A stretch of DNA of 64,000 nucleotides from Candidatus Gottesmanbacteria bacterium (GCA_030679255.1 JAUXTO010000022.1:128915-192914); one strand, 5' to 3'; shown: positions 43,728-54,904, counted from the first letter of the stretch. Notes: generated from the letters alone by a model not told the origin. Made by a program: numbers and translations.

Positions 43728-45513
43728 GCCATGCGTCTGCAATCACGATGTTCCAGACGGCAAGCGCATCGTTGTGTTGTTGAGACAAAAATCCATTAAT
43801 AATATTGCCTGTTGTTTCTTTTGACAGTACCTCCTGTAATCGATCATGGGGATCAAGCGTCCGCTCGACGATGTCCCGCATTTCACCGCGAAGCCACTGC
43901 TCAAGAGGAAGGGAAAATCCGTGTTTTTCTCTGTTCGTTATTTCCGCAGGTAAATAGTTTTGAGCCACGGACCGCAATAAATATTTATCTTGATACCCCG
44001 ATCTCAAAAGGTCCGCTGACAATTCCACGAATTGCATCAGCCGTTCATCCAAATATGGAGCCCGGGATTCGATGGAGTGAAGCATTGTCATTTTATCTAT
44101 TTTCATGCAAAGTTGTTCTCCCACATAGTACCGGAGGTCATACTGCATGAGCCGAAGGGGAGGGAGGGCGCTCGACAACTGGTGATTATTTTCAAGTTCG
44201 CTCCAGGCTTGATGAAGAAGGTGGAGGTGATGACGACGAAATCGGACCCCTGCATGCAAATCAATATTGTATCGCGCGGATGTATAAAGCATGTCCGGCC
44301 ATCCGATGAGACTCGCGAGCCTCGTAGATGGCCTTATACTCATTGCTATCTCCGCCAACCATCGTGGTACCCTTATTCTTCCCTCCTGATGCAAAGCGTT
44401 CCTGTAATGCGGGTACCCTCCGAATAGTTCGTCTGCTCCTTCGCCGCTGAGAATCACTTTTACGTGTTTTTGAGCTTCTTGTGATAATAGATATGTTGGA
44501 AAAATCGCAGGATCAGCAAACGGTTCATCGAGCTTTTTCATCACCTCGTCCCACACTCCGCGGATTGATCCCCCGGTCATCACTATTTCCGTGTGATGCG
44601 TCTGCAGGCACCGAGCCACAACTTGGGATGAGAATGATTCATCATAACCGGGATGGTCAAACGCAACGGAAAACGTTTGAACGGGTTGGCGGGTATGTCT
44701 CTTTACGAGAGCAGTAAGGAGGGCCGAGTCAACACCGCCACTTAAAAACACCCCAAGCGGCGCATCGGATACGACTTTCTCTTTAACTATTGTATTGAGC
44801 GTCTTGTCTAAAGATCGTATCGCGTCGTCACTGCACCCCACATGGTCGTCACGTGTCCCACAGTAGCTAACGAACGCTTTTTTTCCATACAACTGCCTAT
44901 CAACGCTTCGATTGGAGAGGTTTATGGACACCGCCTCTCCGGGTAGCACTTTATAGACATTTTTATAGATCGTCGTACGCAGCGGCTGGTATCCGAATGA
45001 TAGATAGGTTCGTATTGCGTCCGGAGTCACACTGCTGTCGATAAAAATTTTCAGTTCGGATCCAAAAAACACTTCATCCTCTGTGACGCTGTAGTACAGC
45101 GGTTTTTCGCCAAATTTGTCCCGCGCAAGCACCAATGTGTTGGATGCAGAATCATATATTGCCATCGCGAACATTCCCACAAATTGATCTAGGCAGGAAG
45201 CTCCATATTGAAAAAATGCAGGTAAAATTATTTCTCCGTCGCAATGTGTTTTCGGCCTATATCCCGTGCTCTTCACGATTTCCTGTACGTTATAGAGCTC
45301 ACCGTTATAAATTAAAGACAGCCCTTTATACGAAAACGGGTAGAGACCTCGATGCAGATCCCGGATCGCCAGGCGGTTCTCCCCAACGCTAAACTGTTTA
45401 CCGGGAAATGTCTGAATCGTTGTTTCATCCGGACCACGATGGCGCATAAGCGCTAAGGCGTCTTTGGTCCACTTTCGATGTTGATTTCCGTAACGTCCTG
45501 CAATCGCGCACAT
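43708..45513 (-). CDS. asnB: asparagine synthetase (glutamine-hydrolysing)
   Basis: N-terminal MCAIAG with Cys2 (Ntn amidotransferase) and the PP-loop FLSGGVDSALL; 601 aa. Confidence 0.9.
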   Translation of the reverse strand: MCAIAGRYGNQHRKWTKDALALMRHRGPDETTIQTFPGKQFSVGENRLAIRDLHRGLYPFSYKGLSLIYNGELYNVQEIVKSTGYRPKTHCDGEIILPAFFQYGASCLDQFVGMFAMAIYDSASNTLVLARDKFGEKPLYYSVTEDEVFFGSELKIFIDSSVTPDAIRTYLSFGYQPLRTTIYKNVYKVLPGEAVSINLSNRSVDRQLYGKKAFVSYCGTRDDHVGCSDDAIRSLDKTLNTIVKEKVVSDAPLGVFLSGGVDSALLTALVKRHTRQPVQTFSVAFDHPGYDESFSSQVVARCLQTHHTEIVMTGGSIRGVWDEVMKKLDEPFADPAIFPTYLLSQEAQKHVKVILSGEGADELFGGYPHYRNALHQEGRIRVPRWLAEIAMSIRPSTRLASLIGWPDMLYTSARYNIDLHAGVRFRRHHLHLLHQAWSELENNHQLSSALPPLRLMQYDLRYYVGEQLCMKIDKMTMLHSIESRAPYLDERLMQFVELSADLLRSGYQDKYLLRSVAQNYLPAEITNREKHGFSLPLEQWLRGEMRDIVERTLDPHDRLQEVLSKETTGNIINGFLSQQHNDALAVWNIVIADAWLKMHAG

Positions 45514-45556
45514 AATTTATTTTTTGATCAAAATATATTCATGTTATTATACCCTC

Positions 45557-46216
45557 ATGGGAAACATTAGGTTGGTGGTCGTTCTTTTAATCCTTGTTGC
45601 AGCCGCCATGGTTGTAGGGAATAAACCTTCACTTCTTGCCCTCGCGGGCGCGGAAAAGGGGCCGTCCATAAAAACTTTGACACAGTCATCTCAACCTAGC
45701 CCGTCGGTCACCCCCGCCATAAGGAGGGTTAGACAAAGCACCTTCGTCATTGAAAAAATTTCAGTCAAAAAAAGAGATGATGACAAAAAGGCCGGCGACG
45801 TTCACTCGAGACTCGTCAATCATTCATTCTCCATTGCTGGTCTAACATCGGGCGTTAGCCCCAACGCGATCCATCTTATTTTCGACAATAAGGTTGAAAT
45901 TGTGGGCATATTAGTGAGCGTCGATCATTCTGATCGGGATGTTACCCTATCTGAATTTTCAGCAACGATAAATGCTGAAAATTCCGGTTATATCGGTAAT
46001 ACAAAAAACGATACGCTTATACACACGTCTTATTCGTGCGCGCGAAACACATCGTGTCCGGGAAAAACCGATGAACACCTGTGGTTTGGTAAAAATAGCG
46101 GAATAGAGTTGAAGGCTGGAGATTGGATTAGTTTTGGAGCATACCAAATCAACGCAGGGTCATCCATATCACAAACAGAGCCTGAATTTATCGTTTGGTA
46201 TCGCTGGCTTGAATAA
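45557..46216 (+). CDS. membrane-anchored hypothetical protein
   Basis: TM helix RLVVVLLILVAAAMVV; no other motifs. Confidence 0.35.
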   Translation: MGNIRLVVVLLILVAAAMVVGNKPSLLALAGAEKGPSIKTLTQSSQPSPSVTPAIRRVRQSTFVIEKISVKKRDDDKKAGDVHSRLVNHSFSIAGLTSGVSPNAIHLIFDNKVEIVGILVSVDHSDRDVTLSEFSATINAENSGYIGNTKNDTLIHTSYSCARNTSCPGKTDEHLWFGKNSGIELKAGDWISFGAYQINAGSSISQTEPEFIVWYRWLE

Positions 46217-46221
46217 AAAGG

Positions 46222-47202
46222 ATGAATATATTAATTACCGGAGCGCTGGGGTTTATCGGCTCTCACATAGCCCAACACTATCTTCAAAAAGGTGATCACG
46301 TAATAGGAATTGACAATCGTTCCGGTTGGTATCCTTTACGGGTTTACAACTACACCGAATCACTGCTAATGAAGCATACATTTTTTTCTTTTCACCCACT
46401 GGACATTCGAAGGCACACAGAATTGTCATCGTTTGTACAAAAGGTAAATCCTGATATTGTAATACACGCGGCCGCCCTTACCGGCATCCGGGATTGCGCT
46501 CAAAGACCATACGAATGCATGGAGACCAACGCGCTCGCAACACAGGGTCTTCTTGAAGCGTGTAAGACAATTGGTGACGTTCGTTTAGTTTTACTGTCTT
46601 CCTCTTCTGTTTATGGTGATCAACCGGGTGTTCCGTTTGAAGAAAACGCTCTGTTAAATCCAAAATCTATTTACGCCATAAGCAAGCAAACTGTCGAGAC
46701 CATGGCGGTATATTATTCGCGTCACTATAGATTACCCATTCTGATGATCAGGCCATTTTCTGTCTATGGACCCCGGGGAAGAATGAACATGTTGCCGCAC
46801 ATGCTTCTTGCGTCTGTTATAACCGCAACACCATTTCTTCAGTTTGGCACAAATACACAGAACAAAAGGGACTGGACCCATGTTGATGACTTTATCTACG
46901 CGCTTGGGCGCATCATCAATACTCATAAAACAGGCTATGATGTGTTTAATATTGGGTCGGGAAATCCGGTTGGTATCGTTGATTTTATCAAAACGTTTCG
47001 AAAACACCTTTCGTTGATGACAAGCGCGCCTCTTCGTATTATTCACAAACCAAAGCCGTTGTACGAAATGGAGATTACGCACGCAGATACAACAAAATTA
47101 ATCGACCACATAGGGGTCATCCCCAAAACGTCACTCGATAAAGGGTTGGGGAATCTTCTAACATATTATCGCGCAAACCGGAATATATATTTCCCTAAAT
47201 AA
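46222..47202 (+). CDS. NAD-dependent nucleotide-sugar epimerase/dehydratase (GalE-like)
   Basis: ITGALGFIGSH and YAISK (the YxxxK motif). Confidence 0.85.
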   Translation: MNILITGALGFIGSHIAQHYLQKGDHVIGIDNRSGWYPLRVYNYTESLLMKHTFFSFHPLDIRRHTELSSFVQKVNPDIVIHAAALTGIRDCAQRPYECMETNALATQGLLEACKTIGDVRLVLLSSSSVYGDQPGVPFEENALLNPKSIYAISKQTVETMAVYYSRHYRLPILMIRPFSVYGPRGRMNMLPHMLLASVITATPFLQFGTNTQNKRDWTHVDDFIYALGRIINTHKTGYDVFNIGSGNPVGIVDFIKTFRKHLSLMTSAPLRIIHKPKPLYEMEITHADTTKLIDHIGVIPKTSLDKGLGNLLTYYRANRNIYFPK

Positions 47203-47919
47203 AATAAGAATTGTATATTTGTGATGGTGTAGCGCTTCCACAATCTCTGGGGCTCCTGTGACAAACGAAACAACCACTCAAGACCCGCGTGTTGCATCCA
47301 TGCCGGCGCCTGACGAACCCGGCCGGAAAGAAAATCAAACGCTGCCCCGACCCCGATCAATACAGAGGGTATCAATGTATTTCTATTTTTCATCATCCAT
47401 CTCTCCTGCTCGGGACACCCCATCCCAACAAACACGATGTCTGCCCGGCTTTTGTTTATCTCTTCAATAATCTTCCTGTTTTGTTTTTCTGGAATTGGCC
47501 GTACCGGCGTGTCGCGGGCGCCAACGACGCGAAGCGATGAATAGTGTCTTTGCAAATTGTGCGCTAGCTCATCTGATTGACCGTTTCTTCCTCCAAGGAG
47601 GTATACCCGCCACCCATGATGCGTCGCTTCCTTACACAATGTTTTCATGAGTCCCGGCCCGTAAACCCGTTGAGCGTTTTTGTATCCCGCCAGGCGCAGC
47701 AACCATACAAGCGGCATCCCGTCGGGCACCACAAGGTCGGCTCTGTTCACTCCATCGAGAAGCCAGTTATCATGTTGACATTCCACAGTCAGGTGAACCG
47801 CCGCAACACAGATATAAACCTTCTGGTTTGTTGTCAATGCCGCACGGATAAATTGGACAACATCTGAATTGTTTACCGGAGATACCCCAACGTGCAAAAT
47901 TTGGTATTTATGCATCATG
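47166..47919 (-). CDS. WecB/TagA/CpsF-family glycosyltransferase (GT26)
   Basis: A family core spanning the region from ADLVVPDGMPLVW through YLLGGRNG to ADIVFVGMGCPEQE. The start is trimmed to the ATGATG at 47919/47916, directly after the stop of the upstream gene. Confidence 0.7.
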
Positions 47920-47922
47920 ATG

Positions 47923-50697
47923 TTAAAAATCTGTCCACTGCGCTTTTCCTTGAATGATTTGCGATATTTGTCCATATCTATCTTTCTTGTATGGTGTCCG
48001 CCCTTTAGCATCCTGTAGCCCAAGCGCACAATCCTTGTGACCGGCCGTTCTAACGACAACACATTTTTCAAATGAATCGAGTGCTTTTTTTCCGTTGCCG
48101 GTCGCAAGATAAAAAAACCCTTCCTGTGCCTGCACCCAATAATCGTCCGGCAATAAATACTTCATAGACAAAATAAGGTATTCGGCATCCGTTACCTTGA
48201 TTGCCGCCAACAAATCATCTGCTTTTTTTTGAATCCTCGTCACCAAATCCTTCCTCGTTTCAAAATTAATTTCATCTGGAATTATTATTTTTTTGGCGTA
48301 AACAAAAACTTCCTCCGGTTTCCCGTCTTCAATAAGCCTGTCATTCAACAATACCGCAGCATAGCTCCTGCTCCGGTTTTTCCACGGGCCAGGTTTGGCG
48401 TCCTCTTGGAGAAGGTAGGCGATGAGCGTTGACGTAGGTATGTTTCCCACTCCAGGCGTTTTATACCACGCGGAGATACTCTTCCCAATCCATGGATTCA
48501 TGCTCTCAGCCGAATCCTGAAGTTTTTCCGTCATGGCAAGGTCGTATGAGCTCAATTCGTTTCCGAGCCGCATAATGTGGCGGGAAGCCTTCTCCCTCAG
48601 CCCCCAATCAAGCTCGGGCTGGTCCATGGATAAACCTCTATAAACATCGAGAAGCATCAGCGCCTTTACTTTTGCCTTGTTGGCGTTTCCTTCTTTAAGG
48701 GCCTTCCTTGATTGTTCTAAAAGCATTAATCCTAAACTCATCCAAAATTCATTTCTCCTCCACGGTGCGATCGATCCCAACGAACGAATGTTTTTTTCCA
48801 CCGGTACATAGTTGTCAACATTTACAACATCTACAATCGCGCTATACCAAGCATGAACATACTCCTCTCTGTTTTTACCCAAATAACTACCCGGAACAAC
48901 GCTCAGGGCTTCAAAAAAATTGATCTTCTCTTTAATTGTCGCATGAAAACGTAAAAAAATCGGCTCGTAGCGGTCAAGCGCCCAAGCGTCCTCTTTTTGC
49001 GCCTGTTTATACCACTGTCCTGATTCGGAAAATTTATTTCCCTTGTAATACTCATCACCCAGACGCACCATCGTTTCAGATAACCCCCTTCGCTCTTCAG
49101 CGTCCTTCTCGTGCGCTTGTTTCAGGATAATTATTTGAGCTGCTCTTTCTGTAAGTTTCTTCTCCAATAAATATTGGACCGCAGCAAAAGCCGAGTTCCC
49201 CCACGGATCAATTACGGCCAACGTTTCGCGCGCTTGCTGCTTGGCGGCTTCATCTGTACCGATGGATACGATCCAGGAAAGAATTTCAGGATTTTTGTTA
49301 TGAAAAAACCGTACGACATTTTCCTGTCCAATAATTTCCCTTGCGGTTTTAGCGTCGTAAGGAGCAAGATAAAAAGCGGCGTTTTTATTGTTCAGTGACG
49401 TTGCAATCAATCCCCCGAATGACGATGTATAAAACATCCCCAGCACGATGAGCGCGCCATAGATCATTATGTTTTGCCTTGGGTTTCTATTGCGATCTTT
49501 GTGGCGAGCCAACGTTCCGAGCGTTGCACACAACAAAATCCAAATCGAAGAGTAATCCAAAGAAAATTCATAACTTCCATAGAGAAGCACAAGCAGCGCC
49601 CCGTTCCACAGAACGTTTTTTTGCAACCCGGCCTTAACAATAAAAAATATAAGAATGGAAAAAAGAAACAGGCCTACAAGCCCTGTCTCCGCCGCGGCCT
49701 GCAAAGGAAAACTGTGAGCGAACCACGACCAATTGTCCGGACGCGACTGGAGTCTCCGGGACTCGAGATAAAAAGTCCCGGGACCGCTACCAAACAAGGG
49801 TCGCTCTTTGATCGCCGCCACCGCCTGGCGCCAATACTCCCAACGATTGTCCTCAAATAGTGTTGTTTTTTGTGCTTGACGAGCGAGTTGACCAATCAAC
49901 CCGACGCCGTGCGTTTGCCCCTTTAAAGAGGTTAGTGAGATAACGAGGAGTGCCGTTGCTATTACCACCGCAATAGACAACCCAACTCTTCTCACGATAA
50001 TGGTTTTACTTCGTAGCACAACATAAAAAAGATAAAGAACAAGAAGGACCCACGCCCCGCGGGCAAGGGTAAGTATCATGCCAACGCTAAATAATCCAAG
50101 CTCCCCAATTGCCCAGCTATTTTTTTTCTTTTCAACCAATCCAATCGCCACAGGAAAAACAAAAAGCAACAAGTCCGCTAAATGATTGTGACCATAATTG
50201 GCATACAACAAATTCATGGGCGGCAGCATCCGCGCGAGCGCAGGGAAAAGCAAAAAAACAAAAGATGCAAGCGTGGCGACAACACCAATAAAGAGAAGGC
50301 CCTTAATAAAAAATTCAACAATTTGATTCCCGGAATCTGGGGGCTCTTGATTCCGGGAATCTCGGGCCAAGGTTAAAAACAACACATATACCAAATATCC
50401 CTCAATAAGCCTGATGGTGGCACTTATCGAGTATCCGGCGCTATCGGAAAAGGGGATGAGAATAATGTAGTAAAGGATTAAGGCCATCCATCCAAATCCA
50501 ATCGGGCGGGGGAGGGGGGCAAAATCAAGTTTGCCCCGCTGATAATACCTGGCCCCATACATCGTCAGAATCCCCAGCGCCCACCACACATCGACAAACG
50601 GCTGCTTCCCGTCGCCCAAAAAAAGCGATGTGGTGAGAAAAACAAAAAACACAATCTCCGGACGGGTAATCCAGTGTATCAGGGTTTTTATTGACAT
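47923..50697 (-). CDS. large O-antigen ligase-like membrane protein with C-terminal helical-repeat (TPR-like) domain
   Basis: 924 aa. The N-terminal half is polytopic, with a Wzy_C-like LTLARGAWVLLVLY. The C-terminal half of about 450 aa is soluble and helical. Confidence 0.5.
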   Translation of the reverse strand: MSIKTLIHWITRPEIVFFVFLTTSLFLGDGKQPFVDVWWALGILTMYGARYYQRGKLDFAPLPRPIGFGWMALILYYIILIPFSDSAGYSISATIRLIEGYLVYVLFLTLARDSRNQEPPDSGNQIVEFFIKGLLFIGVVATLASFVFLLFPALARMLPPMNLLYANYGHNHLADLLLFVFPVAIGLVEKKKNSWAIGELGLFSVGMILTLARGAWVLLVLYLFYVVLRSKTIIVRRVGLSIAVVIATALLVISLTSLKGQTHGVGLIGQLARQAQKTTLFEDNRWEYWRQAVAAIKERPLFGSGPGTFYLESRRLQSRPDNWSWFAHSFPLQAAAETGLVGLFLFSILIFFIVKAGLQKNVLWNGALLVLLYGSYEFSLDYSSIWILLCATLGTLARHKDRNRNPRQNIMIYGALIVLGMFYTSSFGGLIATSLNNKNAAFYLAPYDAKTAREIIGQENVVRFFHNKNPEILSWIVSIGTDEAAKQQARETLAVIDPWGNSAFAAVQYLLEKKLTERAAQIIILKQAHEKDAEERRGLSETMVRLGDEYYKGNKFSESGQWYKQAQKEDAWALDRYEPIFLRFHATIKEKINFFEALSVVPGSYLGKNREEYVHAWYSAIVDVVNVDNYVPVEKNIRSLGSIAPWRRNEFWMSLGLMLLEQSRKALKEGNANKAKVKALMLLDVYRGLSMDQPELDWGLREKASRHIMRLGNELSSYDLAMTEKLQDSAESMNPWIGKSISAWYKTPGVGNIPTSTLIAYLLQEDAKPGPWKNRSRSYAAVLLNDRLIEDGKPEEVFVYAKKIIIPDEINFETRKDLVTRIQKKADDLLAAIKVTDAEYLILSMKYLLPDDYWVQAQEGFFYLATGNGKKALDSFEKCVVVRTAGHKDCALGLQDAKGRTPYKKDRYGQISQIIQGKAQWTDF

Positions 50698-50740
50698 ACG
50701 GTTCGGTTGGTGTAGTATGCAATAAGTTTACTACAGAACA

Positions 50741-52738
50741 ATGGTGAAAAAATTCATTATCCTTCTCGTTCTTCTTCTCGTTAGTTTTGGTGTTTTTGCT
50801 GGAATCAAAAAAAGGGGGGCTGCGTCAAAATCTCTTCGTCTCTATTGGTTTATCCCCGACGGTATGCGCGCAGATCCGAACCTCTTTACTGTCTTTCAGT
50901 GGGCCAAAGAAGGCAAACTCCCTAACATCAAAAAACTCATGGACCGGGGTTCTTATGGTTACTCGTATCCCAATTTTCCCAGCCATACGCCCACCAACTT
51001 TGCGACCCTTCTGACCGGCGCGTACCCCGAGGTTCACGGCGTCAACGATGGACCTATGCATGCTCTCGGAAAACCCCTAGATAGTGTCGCCGTCGGCGGG
51101 TTTCGTTCGGTTGCTAAAAAAGTATCTCCAATATGGAAAACCCTCGAAGAAGCGGGCATGAAGGTTTCACTCATTTCCATCCCGGGATCAACGCCACCGG
51201 AAATTAACAAGGGGGTTGTCGTCCGTGGCCGATGGGGAGGATGGGGACCTGACTTTGCCGCAATTAATTTTGAAACGAAAGGTAACATTGCTCAACGCAT
51301 TAAACAGGGGAGAGGGTCGAGGCTTTTCTATTTTGGCCCACAACTCACCGAATATCAGGACGCCACGAAACCCGCGGGTTGGAAAAACGCACCAACAAGT
51401 TATTCGCCGGGGATGGAAGCGTCTCTCGTCGGATGGAGTGCGACAGTCTATGCGTATATTTATGATTCAACCGACGACGGTATAACAAATTATAATCGCG
51501 TTACTTTTTCGTTGGACAAAAATTCCATTGTTGCCGATCTTTCCCAAGGAGAGTGGAGTGAATGGAGTCCAATCACCCTGAAATGGAAGTCTGAAAACCA
51601 ATCGGTGGATATAAAAACTTCTGCAAAAATTGCCGTCATCAAATTGGGACCAGGCGATTTTTATCGTTTCCGCGTTTTTTATGACAATCTCAATGAACAG
51701 GTGATTTTCCCGGAAAACGCATTTCTTCCTCTCCACAATGCAACGGGTCCCATGGTCGACTTTGTTGATAATTATCCGGCACAACTCGTGTACTACGACG
51801 AAGACAAAAAAATATTTCAGGATGAGGCCGCAATGTCATTTGATTGGCACAAAAAAGTGGTATCCGCCATAAAAACCAACTTTTCCCCGGATGTCATCAT
51901 TCATGACATCTATACTCCCAATCAAATGCTTACGAGCCGATGGTGGATGGGTTCAGTTGACCCTAAAAGCACTCGTTTCTCTGCTGTGTCCGAACAAGAC
52001 CGCACGAGACTTTGGGGAGAAGTCCAGGATATGTACAAAAAACTGGATGATATTATCGGCGAGATAATTTCTGTCGCAGACCCCAACACCTACATCGTCT
52101 TGAGCTCTGATCATGGTGCGGTGCCGCTCGACCGGTTTGTAAACCTCAACAATCTCTTTGCCAAAAAAGGCTGGCTTGTCTTTGCCCTCGACCCGAAGAC
52201 GGGCGAGCCCATCATTGATTGGAAAAAAACCAAGGTTATATATCTTAAAATGGCGCATGTATATATAAACCCCGAAGGATTATCAGGAAACTACACTCGT
52301 GCATCCGGCCCTGAGTATGACGCGCTTCGAAACGAAGTAATAAAAGAACTTCAATCTCTATCCGACGAAAACGGCATGAAACCACTTGTGGAAGTTGTAA
52401 AGTGGGAACAGGCAAAAGAGTTCATGCGTCTTGACCCTGACCGCGTTGGGGACCTCGTCATCGCCAATGCCCCGGGATATGGATGGAACGAAGAAATGAC
52501 CATGGACCTAAAAGTGTTCACGGAGCCCCTGATATCCGGATACAAACAAGCCATTAAGTCTCAGGACGTACCAGGAATGTGGACGCCGTTTATCATGGCC
52601 GGTCCGGGAGTAAAACAAAATAATTTTATCGGGAATGCCCCTTTCTCTCTCATCAACCAATACCCAACAATTATGAAAGCCCTTGGAATCCCGTCCCCCA
52701 ACTTTGTGCAAGGAAAGCCACTACAAATATTTAAGTAA
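50741..52738 (+). CDS. alkaline-phosphatase superfamily ectoenzyme (type I phosphodiesterase/nucleotide pyrophosphatase-like)
   Basis: N-terminal TM helix; PNFPSHTPTNFATLLTGAYPEVHG with the catalytic Thr; later SSDHGA. Confidence 0.65.
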   Translation: MVKKFIILLVLLLVSFGVFAGIKKRGAASKSLRLYWFIPDGMRADPNLFTVFQWAKEGKLPNIKKLMDRGSYGYSYPNFPSHTPTNFATLLTGAYPEVHGVNDGPMHALGKPLDSVAVGGFRSVAKKVSPIWKTLEEAGMKVSLISIPGSTPPEINKGVVVRGRWGGWGPDFAAINFETKGNIAQRIKQGRGSRLFYFGPQLTEYQDATKPAGWKNAPTSYSPGMEASLVGWSATVYAYIYDSTDDGITNYNRVTFSLDKNSIVADLSQGEWSEWSPITLKWKSENQSVDIKTSAKIAVIKLGPGDFYRFRVFYDNLNEQVIFPENAFLPLHNATGPMVDFVDNYPAQLVYYDEDKKIFQDEAAMSFDWHKKVVSAIKTNFSPDVIIHDIYTPNQMLTSRWWMGSVDPKSTRFSAVSEQDRTRLWGEVQDMYKKLDDIIGEIISVADPNTYIVLSSDHGAVPLDRFVNLNNLFAKKGWLVFALDPKTGEPIIDWKKTKVIYLKMAHVYINPEGLSGNYTRASGPEYDALRNEVIKELQSLSDENGMKPLVEVVKWEQAKEFMRLDPDRVGDLVIANAPGYGWNEEMTMDLKVFTEPLISGYKQAIKSQDVPGMWTPFIMAGPGVKQNNFIGNAPFSLINQYPTIMKALGIPSPNFVQGKPLQIFK

Positions 52739-52740
52739 CC

Positions 52741-53322
52741 CTATTCACACGGCATGGTTTTTAACCTGTTTGTTTCTTTGTTAAATTCTTCGATGGAGTT
52801 TTTTACCGGAAAAAACAACTCAAACTTATAAAGTCTTTTTTGCGAATCGCAATAAAACATGACCGCCGCCGCGCGCTTGGTAATGATGTCATCAGAGCAC
52901 GCCCCAAACACCAGTCGTTCACTTGCATACCCGACAAAAACATGTGTCTCTCTTCCATTGTTCTTTTCTGTCGAGTATTTCGGACGATACTGCCGGTCGC
53001 AAGAGATGGCGTTACTCACTTCTCCGGGGTAGGGCGACACAGATTTCTCATACAGCGTGTCCATCCTAATAATGTGGTTCCTTATGGTGGATGCAGCTTC
53101 ATTTTGGTCAATGTTCGTCCATGTGTCTGCCCGGAGCCTGGTATCTTTTTGTTTTAACAAAGCTCCATATAACCTGTCCGTGTTCTGATAGACTGTTTCA
53201 TTTTTGTATTCGGTTAAATGCCGCCGGAGATAGCATTCCGGACCATTGCATGGCCGAGCCGCATAAAGAGCGGCCGCCGCCGCGATTATTGCGACCGTAA
53301 AAAATAAAGCGATTTTTTTCAT
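52741..53322 (-). CDS. membrane-anchored hypothetical protein
   Basis: TM helix IALFFTVAIIAAAAALYAA; no motifs. Confidence 0.35.
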   Translation of the reverse strand: MKKIALFFTVAIIAAAAALYAARPCNGPECYLRRHLTEYKNETVYQNTDRLYGALLKQKDTRLRADTWTNIDQNEAASTIRNHIIRMDTLYEKSVSPYPGEVSNAISCDRQYRPKYSTEKNNGRETHVFVGYASERLVFGACSDDIITKRAAAVMFYCDSQKRLYKFELFFPVKNSIEEFNKETNRLKTMPCE

Positions 53323-53335
53323 ACGTTTTCTGTTC

Positions 53336-54841
53336 ATGAAGAGTGTATATACTATAAGAAACCGACTCGCCATGAAAAAAGTGAAAAAAAATCTTGTTGC
53401 CCGTACGGTAATTATTATACTCCTTGTTTTTATAGCCGCGGTCTCCGTCTATTGGACCAAAACCCAAAAAGAAAAGCCTGCGTGCTCGCGCTGCAACGTC
53501 GTGCTCATCGACATAGACATCCTGCGCGCGGACGCCCTGCCGTGTTATGGATATAAAAGAAACACGACTCCCAACATCTGTGCGCTTGCCCAAAAGAGCC
53601 AGGTCTTTACAGACAACTACGCACAAGCCAACTGGACCCTTCCCAGCATGATGTCAACCATTACATCGCTGTATCCGTTTTCTCATGGCGTATCCAAAAC
53701 ATACAGTGACGCACTCAATCCCGACACGCCAACCCTTGCGGCGGAACTTAAAAAAATTGGCTACAATACGATATTTTTTGGATCTATCAGCTCTTCCACA
53801 ATCGATGACACAAATGGCGGGACAAAAGGTTATAGCGCTCTTCATGGTTTTGGCCCAAGACGATGGCTTGAGGAGGTGCGCGAAGTTTTAAACCAAAAAG
53901 GCCCCTTTTTTATTCATTTATATACCGGCAACCTTCATATGCCGTACCTCGTGGAAAACGAGTCTCAAATACTTGAACAGCTGCCCAGACCAAATAATTT
54001 TCCTGCTACGCTCAAAGACTTCAAGCCTCTCGTTGGTAAGTCTCTTTACCAAAATTACCTCGACGTGTTTACTTCTCTTGCCATATCAGAGAGACCAGAT
54101 CTGTTTGCGTCAATGAGTGCTTCTAAAATTCCCGGCCTTGTTGATTATTTTTGGTCTCGAGCTATTCCCAATGACCCAGAAAGAATAATCAACAACGGGT
54201 GGATAGTTAAATATGAAGCATATATGGAGGCAATTACAAAAAACGAGCCTTTGTCAGACCCGTATACCCGCCTCCTCTATGATTCTGTTCTTTCGGTTTT
54301 AGACAATGACTTGTCCCCGTTGTTGTCATTGATAAACTCTCCGGGATTTGAAAAAAACACCATCGTTATACTTTATTCTGATCACGGGGAAGCTTTCGGC
54401 GAACACGGCATTAATGGTCATCCTGAAAGCTTATATAATGAAATAATTAAAACTCCTCTCATTGTTTATGTTCCGGGCGTCTCCCCTCAAAGATTTACTG
54501 TGTCCTCCCAAAATATTGATATTCTTCCGACCATCCTTGGGCTCGTTGGCGGCACCCCTCTCGGGGGACTGCGCGGCGAGTCTCTTGTTTCTTTAATGAC
54601 GAAGGGAGCCCCTATTCAAAAGAGGCCCATTGTCGCTCAGGCGGGAAAATATAAATTCTCTATTTACAACGGGACATTGAAACTCATAGTAAACAATTAC
54701 AATAATCCGCTTCTTAACGCTGAGCTTTATAACACTCAACAAGATCCTGGAGAAACCACAAATATAATTTCGTTCAACCAAAGGGCCGCTGAGATGTTAT
54801 TGTCTGGCCTAACTGCAACAATCCTCGAAAAAACTCCGTAA
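53336..54841 (+). CDS. sulfatase-family protein (alkaline-phosphatase superfamily, membrane-anchored)
   Basis: VVLIDIDILRADAL...YSDHGEAFGEHG and an N-terminal TM helix. Confidence 0.7.
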   Translation: MKSVYTIRNRLAMKKVKKNLVARTVIIILLVFIAAVSVYWTKTQKEKPACSRCNVVLIDIDILRADALPCYGYKRNTTPNICALAQKSQVFTDNYAQANWTLPSMMSTITSLYPFSHGVSKTYSDALNPDTPTLAAELKKIGYNTIFFGSISSSTIDDTNGGTKGYSALHGFGPRRWLEEVREVLNQKGPFFIHLYTGNLHMPYLVENESQILEQLPRPNNFPATLKDFKPLVGKSLYQNYLDVFTSLAISERPDLFASMSASKIPGLVDYFWSRAIPNDPERIINNGWIVKYEAYMEAITKNEPLSDPYTRLLYDSVLSVLDNDLSPLLSLINSPGFEKNTIVILYSDHGEAFGEHGINGHPESLYNEIIKTPLIVYVPGVSPQRFTVSSQNIDILPTILGLVGGTPLGGLRGESLVSLMTKGAPIQKRPIVAQAGKYKFSIYNGTLKLIVNNYNNPLLNAELYNTQQDPGETTNIISFNQRAAEMLLSGLTATILEKTP

Positions 54842-54885
54842 TTGTGTTTTTTCGCGCTTGACAACTCTCTTATTTCTTTCTAGGA

Positions 54886-54904
54886 TGTGGATAAGTTATC
54901 CACC
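54886..54904. promoter_or_regulatory. pair of inverted DnaA boxes upstream of dnaA (TGTGGATAA g TTATCCACc)
   Basis: Read directly; it matches the TTATCCACA consensus with 0-1 mismatches. Confidence 0.7.
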
